Shown here piece after piece: positions 62,651 to 64,000 of a DNA stretch of 64,000 bases. The DNA is taken from contig OX597814.1 in assembly GCA_951406725.2 (NCBI GenBank), positions 49,290,001 to 49,354,000 of the forward strand, read 5' to 3'. Under the pieces are notes generated by a model. That model had not been told where the DNA came from and did not search any database. It was given only the letters and a program-made list of their open reading frames with translations. The translations under genes and the position numbers were made by a program. This DNA comes from Octopus vulgaris (Eukaryota). Each line of letters opens with the position of its first letter. Position 1 is the first letter of the stretch.

Positions 62651-64000
62651 ATCTGCTTTAGAAAAGCTATTCATGGTAACTCAGGTTGCCCATGAACTTA
62701 ACTAAGACATTTATGTGAGAGGCTTCTGTACAGTTTTCATCAAACAAATCCCACCCACAAAGCACTGGTCACAATCAGGGTAGAAAATGTATGACCAATG
62801 TGCAATGCAGTGGGATTGAACTTGTTAACCACTGAGCCATGCCTGCATCTGTTTGAACCAAGACTACCTTCAGCCTTTACATTTTGTTGGGGAGGGAAGA
62901 GTGGTAGGTAACTCAATGAATAAAGCATTGGATTATCGACTTAAAGATAAGTAGTTCACATACTGTCACAGATGGTGCATTGTAACTGCAGTCAAAACAA
63001 CATCTAACCTACAAATGTTTCAGTCCACCTTGCTATAAATAAGCACCAAACAATACAGAAGAGGAAAGAAAATTACTGCTGTTGTCTGGTAACAAAGAGT
63101 GGAAAAGTTCATTGCTCATGATGTTTAAATTCAAGTCAACCCTGATCCAGAGTACCTAGAGTAAAAAATGTTCCAGCTATGACCATCTTGTCTTTTGGAG
63201 AAAGACTGTCTAATACTACAGTATTTAATGTATCCTTTCCTTATTTAAGACAATAAAGTCTGACTTGAGGAAAATTTTCTTCCTATTTCTAGAAAGCCAA
63301 GTAACCATGTAGTAGCTCCCTCATACTCATTGTTGTAAGCAGTAGTGGTAGCACTGAAAAATTATTAGGTTGCAGTGTGTTGAAAACCTATTTCCTACTG
63401 TTAGTGTGCAGGCATAGGTAAACACACACTGACAGAAAATTGATGTATAAAGGAATAAATTCACAGTAATAAAGAGCTCTACTAATAACAGGTTATTGAA
63501 AATTCTGACAGTTTATTAAATTGTAGTAAATCTAAGTAGGACCAACTTGCATGCATATTTGTAATCTACTAGAATAGTTTTTAAGAGCAATACAATTAGC
63601 AGAAAAACAGAAAAGCATTAATTTTATTTATAGCTCCCACTTTCTTGTATTCAACAGCTGTTTCATTAAGATAAATACCACCAAGTGTATAATTACATAA
63701 TTAATTTTAAAACTTTGTTTACACAAATCATCAGGAAAGTTATTTTATGTTAATAAGAAAACTTCCTGGTTTAAATATTTACATTGAGACAGAAAAAAAA
63801 AACAACACAAAGAAGAAGAAAAACAACCTAAATATATGGATGAGTAAAAATAGAAATACATATATGAGGTTTTCAAGCACCACCCACATCTTGGTGAAAC
63901 TGACATCTAGAAGTATTGTCTGCATGTATATGCAGAAATGGGCACCTTAGTCAAACTCCTCCAAACATATTCCCCCCACGACCCATCATTTCTTTCACTG

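Noticed and set aside
62700-64000. Start or end of a neighbouring gene
   Set aside because: Only decayed SINE pieces and AT-rich DNA; no supported exon.

Overview
AT-rich metazoan genomic DNA with large introns; the repeat landscape (tRNA-derived SINEs, RTE LINEs with (CAT)n tails, many microsatellites) suggests an octopus/cephalopod (inference, not checked). The window holds the 3' half of one + strand gene, an ADAMTS9/ADAMTS20/GON-1-type metalloprotease. It has 22 coding exons (582-47546, about 1100 codons, all GT-AG with matching phases) encoding the end of the spacer, 14 thrombospondin type-1 repeats and the C-terminal GON domain. A probable 3'UTR intron and a long AT-rich 3'UTR follow. 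The introns contain SINEs, RTE and CR1-type LINE fragments, a decayed Tigger/pogo transposon, Helitron, piggyBac and Ginger-like non-autonomous elements and LTR remnants. The most notable signal is five minimal type-I hammerhead-ribozyme motifs in non-coding elements at about 13.2, 38.3 and 57.3-57.7 kb; helix III is palindromic (dimer-type) in the best copy at each locus. Two related subfamilies show compensatory stem changes, two loci are about 460-480 bp foldback palindromes, and two loci carry the same tRNA-derived Pol III head. This suggests Penelope-like non-autonomous retroelements. Nearly all ORFs in the supplied track are microsatellite or repeat artefacts.
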